Virus record (IMG/VR): IMGVR_UViG_3300030019_000001
Reading direction: 5' to 3' (one strand)
Length of the DNA: 64,000 nucleotides
From: a virus
Taxonomy: Duplodnaviria > Heunggongvirae > Uroviricota > Caudoviricetes
The position numbers and the translations under genes are program-made. Each line of letters begins with the position of its first letter. The first letter of the stretch is position 1. This document shows, piece by piece, positions 9,423 to 18,877 of the stretch. Below the pieces are notes generated by a model, which made no database searches, had not been told where the DNA came from, and saw nothing but the letters and a program-made list of their open reading frames with translations.

Positions 9423-9512
9423 GAAGAATGTAAGTTAATCGGTAAACTAGTAGCCAAAAAAGCATTTGTAAAAAATTATAAATTATTACTGGTTCGAATC
9501 CAGTCATTCTTC
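9423..9512 (+). tRNA. pseudo-tRNA, undetermined isotype
   Basis: GAAGAATG/CATTCTTC acceptor, D stem AGTT/AACT, perfect T arm ACTGG-TTCGAAT-CCAGT; anticodon arm disrupted. Confidence 0.5.
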
Positions 9513-9704
9513 CTACAAAATTAAAAATATGAAAACTCATACTCAAAAAAAACAATACTTTATTTAAATTTATATTTGCTGACTATACAGATGTTAGAAT
9601 TGTATATACATTACAAGGTTATAGATATTTAAGAATTTTAGGATATTTATATTTGAAAATAGGTAGACACGGCGGTTATTATGCTGAATAATAAATTTTA
9701 AATT

Positions 9705-9983
9705 ATGAAAACAGAAGAATTAGATTTTAGTAGTTTTTTTGATATAGAAAATCAAAAAATAGAAGAATACACAGAAGAAGATGCTATTCTTGAGAGAACA
9801 TTTATGTTAGATTGTTGCTGTACATGTAAAAATTTTAAAAATTATTATGCATCTGCAGGAATATGCTTATTAGATAAAAACACAAAATCTAAGATAACTA
9901 GATTTGTAGATTATGACGGTCCTAAATGTAATAAATGGGAAGTTTGCGATCAAGATAAAGATTTTTTTGAATCTTTGAAATAA
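9705..9983 (+). CDS. Cys-rich hypothetical protein
   Basis: CCCTCKN..C..C..W. Confidence 0.65.
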   Translation: MKTEELDFSSFFDIENQKIEEYTEEDAILERTFMLDCCCTCKNFKNYYASAGICLLDKNTKSKITRFVDYDGPKCNKWEVCDQDKDFFESLK

Positions 9984-10005
9984 TATTAAAATATTAGATT
10001 TTTTA

Positions 10006-10037
10006 TTTGGTTAATCCATAATATAGTTGTATATTTG
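10006..10037 (+). promoter_or_regulatory. Bacteroidota-type promoter
   Basis: TTTG(10006)-20 nt-TATATTTG(10030). Confidence 0.75.
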
Positions 10038-10065
10038 TACATTATATTATGGATTTATTATTAAT

Positions 10066-10503
10066 ATGAAAATTAAGAATATGAAATATAGACTACAAAC
10101 ATGGAAATTGACAGTAGAAGGTGAATATTTAACAGAAATTGAAGCAATATTAGATTTATCTGATAAATATTTGAGATGTTCAAAATGCGATTTACCTGGA
10201 GAATCATTATCAGAATTATTAAGTAAAGATTTTAATGTTGTGCATGGCAATTCACCAACAATGGTAAAACTTGTTAATGATATAGAGAATGTTAATTTTG
10301 AAGTTTCCACAAATAAAAAGACAAGAACAATTACAGATATTTCAAAAACTGTTTGGTTATATACAGAAGAAATTATATATAACAGACCTCAATGGATAGA
10401 AAAACAACAAATTCGGATATATCCATTTAAAACTGAACATTGGTGGGATACTCCTTCTGATTTTACATATAATGTAGATGCTAAATATGAAATCTTAAAT
10501 TAA
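10066..10503 (+). CDS. hypothetical protein
   Basis: ATG 10066 preferred because the promoter overlaps the 10027 start. Confidence 0.65.
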   Translation: MKIKNMKYRLQTWKLTVEGEYLTEIEAILDLSDKYLRCSKCDLPGESLSELLSKDFNVVHGNSPTMVKLVNDIENVNFEVSTNKKTRTITDISKTVWLYTEEIIYNRPQWIEKQQIRIYPFKTEHWWDTPSDFTYNVDAKYEILN

Positions 10504-10551
10504 ATATAAATTTTATAAAAAATATCTAATTAATTAAAAAACTATACAATT

Positions 10552-10812
10552 ATGAATTTTTTTAAAAAATTATTTACTAAAAGTAAATATAAAACTGTTT
10601 ATTCTGTATCATGTAAAGTTAACTTAGGAAACATGTGGGGACATTCAGAAAAAGTGGATGCCAATCTAATTCTTAAAGTTGATGACGTTCATGACACATA
10701 TAGATGTTATTTAACAGATGGTGAACACGAGACAGAATATGATATAGCTTTGTTAGCTATTAATCGTCCTGATTCTATTCCAATTTTAGAAAAATATAAA
10801 ATATCTTACTAA
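10552..10812 (+). CDS. hypothetical protein
   Basis: ORF in co-oriented run. Confidence 0.65.
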   Translation: MNFFKKLFTKSKYKTVYSVSCKVNLGNMWGHSEKVDANLILKVDDVHDTYRCYLTDGEHETEYDIALLAINRPDSIPILEKYKISY

Positions 10813-10816
10813 TCCT

Positions 10817-11050
10817 ATGAAACCAGGTGATAAGATTGTTTGTATATTGAATAAAAGAGGTGCATATGATCCTAAACCAAGATTGTATGTAGATAGAGTT
10901 TATACTCTAAAAGATTATCATATAGTAGGATTTACAAGATATGATATTTATATTGAGGAACATCCAGAGTTTACATATTCAGAGGATTGTTTTATAACTA
11001 ATACTGAATATAGAAAAAAAAAATTAAATAATATCAAAAAAATAGTATGA
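10817..11050 (+). CDS. hypothetical protein, GD.IVC start and RKxKL tail
   Basis: MKPGDKIVCI..FITNTEYRKKKL; similar to 19874. Confidence 0.7.
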   Translation: MKPGDKIVCILNKRGAYDPKPRLYVDRVYTLKDYHIVGFTRYDIYIEEHPEFTYSEDCFITNTEYRKKKLNNIKKIV

Positions 11051-11268
11051 AAGAAAAATTTTATTTAGATACTAAAAATGGCATGGTGTGTGGAGTTTGC
11101 TCTGGATTGTCGAAATATTTTAATGTTGATTTATTATTAATCAGAATCTTATTCTTAATGTTTATAAATGTTACATTATATCCATATATTTTAATCGCAT
11201 TAATAAAAACTGACAAAGACAAGACTGAAGATAATTTTAATAATCAAACTGATGAACAGTCAAACTAA
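11047..11268 (+). CDS. pspC: PspC-domain protein
   Basis: GMVCGVCSGLSKYFNVD..LIRILF. Confidence 0.8.
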   Translation: MKEKFYLDTKNGMVCGVCSGLSKYFNVDLLLIRILFLMFINVTLYPYILIALIKTDKDKTEDNFNNQTDEQSN

Positions 11269-11653
11269 AAAACTAAAAGTTTCATTTGATTTCGATAGTA
11301 CATTATCAAAAACTGATATTCAGGAATATGCTAAATCTTTAATCGAAAAAGGAATAGAAGTTCATATTGTTACTGATAGATTTGAAGATACTACTAAATG
11401 TGCATATAATAATAAATATTTATTTGAAGTTGTAAATAAATTGGGCATTGATAAAAACAATATTCATTTTCTTAATATGAAAGATAAATATAAATTTTTT
11501 TTAGATAATCCAGAATTTATTTGGCATCTTGATGATGATGATGATGCCATGGAATTTATTAATGATGAAACAAAAGTCATGTGCATATTTAATGATAAAA
11601 CAATTAACTGGAAAGATATTTGTGAATCATTATTAAAATTGTATCTAAAATGA
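11252..11653 (+). CDS. HAD-superfamily hydrolase
   Basis: SFDFDSTL motif I; IVTDR; HLDDD. Confidence 0.75.
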   Translation: MNSQTKKLKVSFDFDSTLSKTDIQEYAKSLIEKGIEVHIVTDRFEDTTKCAYNNKYLFEVVNKLGIDKNNIHFLNMKDKYKFFLDNPEFIWHLDDDDDAMEFINDETKVMCIFNDKTINWKDICESLLKLYLK

Positions 11654-11877
11654 AAATAGTCAAAAAAATGAAGTTATTATTCTATTATTTATTGATGTTA
11701 GTAATAACATATCTATTAATAGATATGATATCTTATTATGTATTAGGTGTTGAGATTAAAATTAAATTTTTATTATTTAACATAGCATTATTGACATATT
11801 GGACTTGTGTTTTTTGTTATTCAATATTAAATAAAGAAGAAAAAGTCAAACAAACCAACATTAAAAATATAGAATAA
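11650..11877 (+). CDS. small membrane protein
   Basis: Two hydrophobic segments. Confidence 0.6.
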   Translation: MKIVKKMKLLFYYLLMLVITYLLIDMISYYVLGVEIKIKFLLFNIALLTYWTCVFCYSILNKEEKVKQTNIKNIE

Positions 11878-12263
11878 TGAAATATGAAACATTAATAAAA
11901 AGATACAAGATTTTAGGATATGAACCAAAAGGACTGGAAAGTTATTTAGAAGTTGAATCAATAATTAAATGGCTATATGACAACTTTAATATTTATATTT
12001 GTACTAGCTACTGTTCAATGGATTTTAAAAATGGAAGTTTTAAAAAATTTTGTGGATATCAAATATCAAAAGTAAGGGGAAAAGATAATCATGATTTTAC
12101 ATATCATTGTGATAAACATTTCACTAATCCATTTGATGCTAAATTTGACGGACTTGTGCAATGTTATTCTGGATTAAAATTCTCTGATTTCATGTTGGGT
12201 AAAAAAGTCAACGGAATTTATATAAGAGATACTGAGGTTGAAAAATTAAAAAGATTAAAATAA
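11877..12263 (+). CDS. hypothetical protein
   Basis: ORF in co-oriented run. Confidence 0.65.
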   Translation: MKYETLIKRYKILGYEPKGLESYLEVESIIKWLYDNFNIYICTSYCSMDFKNGSFKKFCGYQISKVRGKDNHDFTYHCDKHFTNPFDAKFDGLVQCYSGLKFSDFMLGKKVNGIYIRDTEVEKLKRLK

Positions 12264-12264
12264 A

Positions 12265-12594
12265 ATGGAAAGCAAATTAACAAAGGAAGAATTACAAGAT
12301 CAATTGTATTCAATTAAAGAAAAGGAAAAAGAGTTGACAGATGAACTCTTATGTCAAAATTATTTAAATTTGTCATATTTTGAAATATGGAAAAAATGTA
12401 ATAATTGGAAAAAAATGATTTATTGGAGTATAATTTATGATGTTCTTATTTTTTTATTGAATGATAATAATAAGATTCAATCATTGTGGCTTATGCTTAT
12501 ATTACCTTTTTTGTTTTTTATTGCATCTTTATCAAACGCATTAGAAATTAAAAATAGTATTATTTATATTAAAAAGAAAAAACAAATAAATTAA
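12265..12594 (+). CDS. membrane protein
   Basis: Two C-terminal hydrophobic segments. Confidence 0.6.
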   Translation: MESKLTKEELQDQLYSIKEKEKELTDELLCQNYLNLSYFEIWKKCNNWKKMIYWSIIYDVLIFLLNDNNKIQSLWLMLILPFLFFIASLSNALEIKNSIIYIKKKKQIN

Positions 12595-12599
12595 ATAAA

Positions 12600-12770
12600 A
12601 TGAAAAAAGCAACGTATTGTGTGGGGGTAAATGAAATTGGAATCAATTCATATGTAGAACATGAAATTCCTGAAACTGAAGTAACTGAATCAACTGTATT
12701 GACACCTGATGTTGATATTAATGAATCTTATAATGAAACAGAAGAAGATTCAATTGATAATGTTAAATAA
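12600..12770 (+). CDS. small acidic protein (not in ORF track)
   Basis: MKKATYCVGVNE.., 56 aa, fills the gap. Confidence 0.55.
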   Translation: MKKATYCVGVNEIGINSYVEHEIPETEVTESTVLTPDVDINESYNETEEDSIDNVK

Positions 12771-12779
12771 ATTATAGAA

Positions 12780-13175
12780 ATGAAAAGAATAATAACAATT
12801 TTCATATTTGTATCAGGTATATTTTTAAATATATATCCTATCAACAAATATATTATTGATAGTGTTAAAGTAAGAGTCAATAATGTTAAATATGAAAATT
12901 GTTATTCTCTATATAATTGGCAACCTTGGCAAAAGATAAATGGACAATTGTATATTGACAAAGATAATAGAAAAATAACTTTAGCATTAAATAATACTAC
13001 TGTCTATTATTATTTAAATGAGAAACTTGAAAATTATAGTAATAATATAAGTCTAGATAGCTTCTATACAGATGATATTTATACATTATCAATTTATGAA
13101 TATAAAAATGATAGATATTTTTATATTATTGATGATTACAATAAAATTGAAATAATTTACAAATTAAATAAATAA
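12780..13175 (+). CDS. putative exported protein
   Basis: Signal-peptide-like N-terminus. Confidence 0.6.
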   Translation: MKRIITIFIFVSGIFLNIYPINKYIIDSVKVRVNNVKYENCYSLYNWQPWQKINGQLYIDKDNRKITLALNNTTVYYYLNEKLENYSNNISLDSFYTDDIYTLSIYEYKNDRYFYIIDDYNKIEIIYKLNK

Positions 13176-13417
13176 TGGAAGAATTAAAAAAACCAACAGA
13201 AGAAAAATCATTTGTATCTTTTGATTATAAATTAAATGAAAAAGAGATGGACACTGAAGATGATATGCATTACAAATGTTTTCATATCGATTTGGATGAA
13301 AATGCTGATAATGGTATGTTTATAAAATTGTGCTCTTGGGATGAAAACTTAGAGCATAAAGATTTTGATAAATTTATAGGTAAAAAAGTTAAAATAACTA
13401 TTGAAGAAATAGACTAA
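13175..13417 (+). CDS. hypothetical protein
   Basis: ORF in co-oriented run. Confidence 0.65.
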   Translation: MEELKKPTEEKSFVSFDYKLNEKEMDTEDDMHYKCFHIDLDENADNGMFIKLCSWDENLEHKDFDKFIGKKVKITIEEID

Positions 13418-13420
13418 ATT

Positions 13421-13807
13421 ATGAAAAAAAACATTATTGAAGGAAATAAACTGATTTCAAAATTCATTGGTATATCATATGATATAGAAAAAGAATTATA
13501 TATTATATCAGAATCTGAATGGGGTAACGGTTATGATGATGCATTATTACATTTAGATAATATCGCAAATTCATTGGAAAATAATAATGGAGAAGATAAT
13601 CCACTACTTTTTAATGCTAAATGGGATTTATTTATGCCTGTTTGTAAAAAATGGGACGTAATTAATGATAAAGATATTTTAGTAATACAATATTATAGTG
13701 AATACGAAAAATTGTGCGATAAATTAGATAATGAGGTATCATGCTATGAAATAGATGATGCCTGGAAACAGTTAGTTGAAAATATTAAATGGTATAATAA
13801 TCTATAA
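13421..13807 (+). CDS. hypothetical protein
   Basis: EGNKLISKFIG..F..KWD..MPV..K pattern. Confidence 0.65.
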   Translation: MKKNIIEGNKLISKFIGISYDIEKELYIISESEWGNGYDDALLHLDNIANSLENNNGEDNPLLFNAKWDLFMPVCKKWDVINDKDILVIQYYSEYEKLCDKLDNEVSCYEIDDAWKQLVENIKWYNNL

Positions 13808-13880
13808 TTTTCTGTTAATAAATTATAATTTAGTTTTAATGTAATATTTATTTATTACTTTTGTATTTAATAACATTAAA

Positions 13881-14102
13881 ATGTTCAATATGAAATCAAT
13901 TGTAAATAAACGTGAACAACGCAGAAACAAATCTGCAGAAGATATTTGTAGAGAAGTTAGGTTTCAACTGGCTAATTATGGCGGAATATCTGACAATGAA
14001 AGATTATTTCATTTTCTTCAATATTGGATTACTGATGCAAAAAAGAATAAATATTCAAGACCTAAATATAATAAAAAAACTAAAAATGTAAATTATAAAT
14101 AA
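13881..14102 (+). CDS. small basic protein
   Basis: TACTTTTG box upstream. Confidence 0.6.
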   Translation: MFNMKSIVNKREQRRNKSAEDICREVRFQLANYGGISDNERLFHFLQYWITDAKKNKYSRPKYNKKTKNVNYK

Positions 14103-14279
14103 ATGAAAACTGACATAATTGGAATTTCTATATCAACTGTATTCATTTGGTCTGCTATTTTTATTTTGTATATTTGTGACAAAGGACAATCTTCTATTCT
14201 TATTGCTGCTGGAATTATTCTTCCTATACTATTGATTATTAATATTTTTTCGTATAACAATTATAAAAAACTTAAATAA
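14103..14279 (+). CDS. small membrane protein (not in ORF track)
   Basis: MKTDIIGISI.., 58 aa, two hydrophobic segments. Confidence 0.55.
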   Translation: MKTDIIGISISTVFIWSAIFILYICDKGQSSILIAAGIILPILLIINIFSYNNYKKLK

Positions 14280-14280
14280 C

Positions 14281-14490
14281 ATGAAAAAATTTTTAAAACT
14301 ATATTTTTCAGTTATGCTGGAAATGAAATATACCATATTAACAACATGGTTATTCTTTTTTCTTTTATCATTAGTTGGTAAATCACCTTTTAGTGTATTA
14401 GATTTAGCGATAATATCATTTATTTTTTCTTTTGTGATTTTTTCAGGCGGTATAGTATTTATTATATTGTCAATAAAAAAAATTAAATAA
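14281..14490 (+). CDS. small membrane protein
   Basis: Hydrophobic. Confidence 0.6.
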   Translation: MKKFLKLYFSVMLEMKYTILTTWLFFFLLSLVGKSPFSVLDLAIISFIFSFVIFSGGIVFIILSIKKIK

Positions 14491-14492
14491 TC

Positions 14493-14723
14493 ATGGCAAA
14501 TTCAGAAAGTTTTTACATCGACAAGAATGATAATTTGAATGTGTTAAATAATAATCCACGTGAACTTTGGATAAGAGGAGGAGAATTAGAAGGTAAGGCT
14601 AAAGTGGCAATTGAAGTTTTTACTTCATATAATCATGAAGAAGAAGCAATGAAAGTTTACAACGCACTGAAAAATGCTGGGTTAGAAAATTGTTATTATA
14701 AAATAAGAATTGAATTAAAATAA
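14493..14723 (+). CDS. hypothetical protein
   Basis: ORF in co-oriented run. Confidence 0.65.
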   Translation: MANSESFYIDKNDNLNVLNNNPRELWIRGGELEGKAKVAIEVFTSYNHEEEAMKVYNALKNAGLENCYYKIRIELK

Positions 14724-14728
14724 ACAAT

Positions 14729-14956
14729 ATGAAAATAGGTGAATTAATAGATTTAAACATAGAAGCTCATGAAATTGTAAATTCTGACTTGAGCTGGAAT
14801 GCTAAATATGATTTGATTTTTTCTGATGATATGTCAATGAAAGTCAAATTGGATTATTATGATCCAGATACATCATATGAAGAAGATGTATATGCTTGGA
14901 TGACAGCATTTGATAACTATTTAGGTGAATATAAAAATATATCATGGAAGAAATAA
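14729..14956 (+). CDS. hypothetical protein
   Basis: ORF in co-oriented run. Confidence 0.65.
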   Translation: MKIGELIDLNIEAHEIVNSDLSWNAKYDLIFSDDMSMKVKLDYYDPDTSYEEDVYAWMTAFDNYLGEYKNISWKK

Positions 14957-15450
14957 AAAATTTCATTATACTAATTTTTGAAGAATTGTTAATGCATAAT
15001 ATTTTTTCTGATGATAAATCAACATATCATTTTAGTATAAATGGAGAAAATATAGTTAGAGATTATGATTGTGTTAAATTTAACACTTTAGTATTAGATG
15101 ATATTAAAAATATACTCAATAATTCAATTGTTAGTAGTTTTAATATTACTTTGACATTAAAAGACTCCACTGAGAAATATAGAGAAGATTATCCATTAAA
15201 TTGGTTTGCATCGAATATTATATTTTGTGGTGGAAAATATGATGATGATTGTAAAAATGAACATGAAAATATTGGATTGATGAGTTTTAGCTCTAATAAT
15301 ATTTCTTTAGTATATAGTAAGAATAAAGAAAAAAAATTATCAACCAAATCAGATTTGGAAATTTTTGTTGATGATTTAGTTGATTTACATAAATTTTATG
15401 TATCAACAAATAATGAAATTTCAGTAAAACTCAATAACATATTCAAATGA
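14944..15450 (+). CDS. hypothetical protein
   Basis: ORF in co-oriented run. Confidence 0.65.
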   Translation: MEEIKNFIILIFEELLMHNIFSDDKSTYHFSINGENIVRDYDCVKFNTLVLDDIKNILNNSIVSSFNITLTLKDSTEKYREDYPLNWFASNIIFCGGKYDDDCKNEHENIGLMSFSSNNISLVYSKNKEKKLSTKSDLEIFVDDLVDLHKFYVSTNNEISVKLNNIFK

Positions 15451-16064
15451 AAAATGTTGCACTTTTTTTTGGTAGCTACAATCCTTGCCATAATACACAC
15501 GTTAAGATAGCTGAGTATATATATAAGCTAAATTATATTGACGAAGTACAATTAGTAGTATCACCACAAAATCCTTTCAAATATGACTTGGCTGATTATT
15601 TGGATAGATGTAATATGTGTAAATTAGCTGTAGAAGACTATGATAATATTAGTGTCAATACCGTTGAACAGTATTTACCTTTGCCATCATATACAATTAA
15701 TGCATTAACTTCACTAAGTAATTCTAATCCAGATACTAATTATTATATGATAATGGGATTAGATATTTGGCTAGATATAGATAAATGGAAAAATTTTAAA
15801 GTTATATGTAAAAACTATCCTTTTTTAGTTTTACCAAGAGATTTTGATAATGAAACAAATGAAAAATGTTTTGAATATAAAAAATCTGAATTACTTAGTG
15901 ATAATGTAATTATAAATAAAGATACTGTTTTTCTTAAAGATTTTAAAATATCATCATTATCATCAACAAAAATAAGAAATAATGTTGCCAATTCAGAAGA
16001 TATTAGTATCTTTGTACCATTAGATGTTGATAAATACATACATCAAAATAATTTATATCACTAA
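15447..16064 (+). CDS. nadD: nicotinate/nicotinamide-nucleotide adenylyltransferase
   Basis: FFGSYNPCHNTH (HxGH-like), SPQNPFK, SYTIN, IMGLD, SSTKIR. Confidence 0.85.
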   Translation: MKNVALFFGSYNPCHNTHVKIAEYIYKLNYIDEVQLVVSPQNPFKYDLADYLDRCNMCKLAVEDYDNISVNTVEQYLPLPSYTINALTSLSNSNPDTNYYMIMGLDIWLDIDKWKNFKVICKNYPFLVLPRDFDNETNEKCFEYKKSELLSDNVIINKDTVFLKDFKISSLSSTKIRNNVANSEDISIFVPLDVDKYIHQNNLYH

Positions 16065-16079
16065 TTAAAATATTTTAAT

Positions 16080-16391
16080 ATGATTTGTATAACAAGTAGA
16101 TATTCAGATTATTATAGCTATATTGAAAGTGTTTGGGATGTAAATTTTGATAATGTAGAAGAACTTTATGCTGAATTTATTATTGAAAAATCAGTAGAAA
16201 TGAATATTGTCATAAATAAACATTGGTTTAATATTATGAATTATGATGATCATAATAAACATTTAACAAAAACACAATATAATAATTTATCTAAAAAGTG
16301 GAAGAAGTTTTTAATTTTATGGAATAAAGATAAATTTATTTCTGAAAAATTGAATGGTATAAAATTAGAATTTAAAAATTTACACTATTAA
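16080..16391 (+). CDS. hypothetical protein
   Basis: ORF in co-oriented run. Confidence 0.65.
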   Translation: MICITSRYSDYYSYIESVWDVNFDNVEELYAEFIIEKSVEMNIVINKHWFNIMNYDDHNKHLTKTQYNNLSKKWKKFLILWNKDKFISEKLNGIKLEFKNLHY

Positions 16392-16394
16392 AAT

Positions 16395-16760
16395 ATGCAT
16401 AATTTCAGTGAACTATTGAACTTTGATAAAGTAGAAGAAGGACAGAAAAATTTGGATAAAGCCATTGAAATTCGAGATATGATGGGCGGTAATTTATATT
16501 GGAGCATAGCCAATGATGATTGTGTAGAAATACAAAGTAAGTTATCTAACCTTAGGTTTAAAATAGATATAATCAATAAATCACTTAAAGGTATGAGTAT
16601 TAAAAATATTGAATCTTTTTTAAGAATTAAGAAATTGGAATGTTTAGATGAATCTTTAATTAGTAAAGAAAATGATAATCCAATATATAGTGTTCTTGAA
16701 AGTATAGAATTAAAATATATTGAAGAATTTTTAAATGAATATAAAAATGAAAATAAATAA
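16395..16760 (+). CDS. hypothetical protein
   Basis: Internal LRIKKL segment. Confidence 0.65.
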   Translation: MHNFSELLNFDKVEEGQKNLDKAIEIRDMMGGNLYWSIANDDCVEIQSKLSNLRFKIDIINKSLKGMSIKNIESFLRIKKLECLDESLISKENDNPIYSVLESIELKYIEEFLNEYKNENK

Positions 16761-16762
16761 AA

Positions 16763-16945
16763 ATGAAAACTTATAAAGGTATTATTAATACAAAATTTTA
16801 TAGAATAATTCCATTTGTAATCGGAGTGAGCATAACTAAATTTAGTAATAAATCAAGCATTTATTCTTTACAGATTACACCATTCTTAGAAATTATGATT
16901 GGTTATAAAGGAACAAGACATGGTTGCATTGAAATAAAAAAATAA
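16763..16945 (+). CDS. hypothetical protein
   Basis: ORF in co-oriented run. Confidence 0.55.
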   Translation: MKTYKGIINTKFYRIIPFVIGVSITKFSNKSSIYSLQITPFLEIMIGYKGTRHGCIEIKK

Positions 16946-16948
16946 ATC

Positions 16949-17124
16949 ATGAATATTAAATTTTTTCTGAAAATATTAAGAATAATCCAGGAGATTGGAC
17001 AGCAAAACAACTAGAATTTTTATTTATGCAATATGGTTGGAATGTTCTTGGTGATATGAAACTGAAAGATATTGAGGATTATGTAAGAAAAAAGAAATTA
17101 GAACAATTAAACAAAATAAAATAA
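16949..17124 (+). pseudogene. frameshifted small gene with RKxKL tail
   Basis: ATG 16949 frame shifts in the T6 run at 16961-66 into ..NNPGDWTAKQ..VRKKKLEQLNKIK*. Confidence 0.55.
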
Positions 17125-17133
17125 AATAAAATA

Positions 17134-17493
17134 ATGAAAGATTTTAAAGATTACCCAGTTATTACAAGTGAAAAATCAAAAGATTTTTATATGATTATAG
17201 ACACTCTTGATATTTTCTATAAAGAACATATTAAAAATAGTAAAGAGGCAATAAATATTGTTTTACATTTCTTTGAAAAATTCTCAAAAGAAAATAATGT
17301 TCCTTGTGGAAATTTATATGTATCATCAGATAAATATGATGGAGAAGTATGCTATTTTGGTGTTTGCGATGGTATGCCAGACAATTGTAATGAATTAATT
17401 GAAAAATATGGTACTGATTACTCAGTAGAATTTGAAGATTATTGTGATAAAAATGGTTTAGATTTGGATTATTATATTGAAGATAATGATTAA
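17134..17493 (+). CDS. hypothetical acidic protein
   Basis: ORF in co-oriented run. Confidence 0.65.
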   Translation: MKDFKDYPVITSEKSKDFYMIIDTLDIFYKEHIKNSKEAINIVLHFFEKFSKENNVPCGNLYVSSDKYDGEVCYFGVCDGMPDNCNELIEKYGTDYSVEFEDYCDKNGLDLDYYIEDND

Positions 17494-17932
17494 TTTAGAT
17501 AAAATTAATGGAAATTAAATTATAGATTTCCTAAATAATTCATCTGATGAGTTTTATGATTGTTCACTTGGATTACCATTTAAATTTGAAAGTCAAAGAA
17601 TTTTCAATGAAAGATATGAATTAAGATTTATGTCATATTATAATAATTGGGGTACACTTCAACCAATATCTGATAATGTTATTGCTATTGATGATAAAAA
17701 TAATATTATTTTAGGATTGGAAGAACCATTTGATGGTGATGAAAGTTGTGATGTATTAGAAGATGTACTCAAAAAATGGTTTCCAACTCATAATTTCATA
17801 TATCAATCAGAAAATTTTGATAATTTAATTAATGATGTTTATAAAAAAATACCAGGACTACACAGTAACAACATCATTCAAATGGAACAAATAATTAAAG
17901 AATTAGTTGAAGCAAAAACAATGATGAAATAA
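17486..17932 (+). pseudogene. hypothetical gene with in-frame TAA at 17516-17518
   Basis: ATG 17486 overlaps the previous stop and is in frame with ORF 17630..17932, broken by one TAA. Confidence 0.55.
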
Positions 17933-17933
17933 T

Positions 17934-18152
17934 ATGAATACTACTGAAATAGTAACAAGTCGAGAAGAATTTAAAAATAAATTAAAATATTTATTCATTC
18001 CTTCATGTATAAAGGATTTTGGTACTACAGAGCCATTCAATATAGGATATGCAATGAAAAACTGGACATTTTTTTATTATTCTGTTGAAAATAGTGAAAT
18101 TCACACAGTAGAATTAATTGAAAAATGTAATAATTGTACTTTAATTAAATAA
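17934..18152 (+). CDS. hypothetical protein
   Basis: ORF in co-oriented run. Confidence 0.6.
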   Translation: MNTTEIVTSREEFKNKLKYLFIPSCIKDFGTTEPFNIGYAMKNWTFFYYSVENSEIHTVELIEKCNNCTLIK

Positions 18153-18153
18153 T

Positions 18154-18561
18154 ATGAAAAAACAATTCACATCACCTTTTACAGGTGAAACGTATGAAAA
18201 AGAGTTTAATCAGCATGATATTAGCAAATATGATGTTTTATACCATGTAACTACTGAAGATAGAATAGAAAATATTGAAAAAGAAGGACTAAAAATTAAC
18301 CAACCACAACACAAATCAATTGTTGATACAGGAATGTTGTTCTTTTCGTATCCTATTAAACATACAACTGGCGATATGTTTAGGTATTATGATGATTCAT
18401 TTATAGTTGCACTTGATACACAAGAATTAATTAAAGATGGTATAACTTTTTATGATGATAACTTCTCAAACCAAGATATGTCATCTAATAGAAATCATTT
18501 GTGTTGTGAAGTTGATATACCAGTTAAATATATTAAGAAAATTATAGAACCATTCGACTAA
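18154..18561 (+). CDS. ADP-ribosyltransferase/KptA(Tpt1)-fold protein
   Basis: LYHVT..I.KEGL..FFS..C.VDIP.KYI pattern. Confidence 0.55.
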   Translation: MKKQFTSPFTGETYEKEFNQHDISKYDVLYHVTTEDRIENIEKEGLKINQPQHKSIVDTGMLFFSYPIKHTTGDMFRYYDDSFIVALDTQELIKDGITFYDDNFSNQDMSSNRNHLCCEVDIPVKYIKKIIEPFD

Positions 18562-18565
18562 TAAT

Positions 18566-18874
18566 ATGAAAAAGAAAATTAAAAAAATAATTTTTTCTAA
18601 AACTTCTGATAATAATATTACTTGGAAAGAATTGAAACATATACAATTTCAGGATGATGATATAATCATTTGTGAATATATAGAACCTGAGTGTACAACA
18701 AAATATGAACATGATGGATATTTCGATGTCGAAATTAGTAGAATGATAGAAGAAACTGATGAGCAATATAATCAAAGAATGATTGAAAAGGTGAAAACAG
18801 ACGAAAGGTTGAAACAAAATAGATTAGAACGATATCTTGAGTTGAAAAAGGAATTTGATATAGATAATAAGTAA
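18566..18874 (+). CDS. hypothetical protein
   Basis: ETDEQYNQR..ERYLELKKEF. Confidence 0.65.
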   Translation: MKKKIKKIIFSKTSDNNITWKELKHIQFQDDDIIICEYIEPECTTKYEHDGYFDVEISRMIEETDEQYNQRMIEKVKTDERLKQNRLERYLELKKEFDIDNK

Positions 18875-18877
18875 AAT

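Noticed and set aside
9331-9555. Minus-strand 74-aa ORF
   Set aside because: It is the reverse complement of the tRNA-like genes (GFEPV, GVEPK come from T arms).
1-17124. Programmed frameshifting at 118-125 and 16961-66
   Set aside because: No canonical X XXY YYZ heptamer in frame and no clear downstream structure; single-base homopolymer deletions from decay or sequencing error are more likely.
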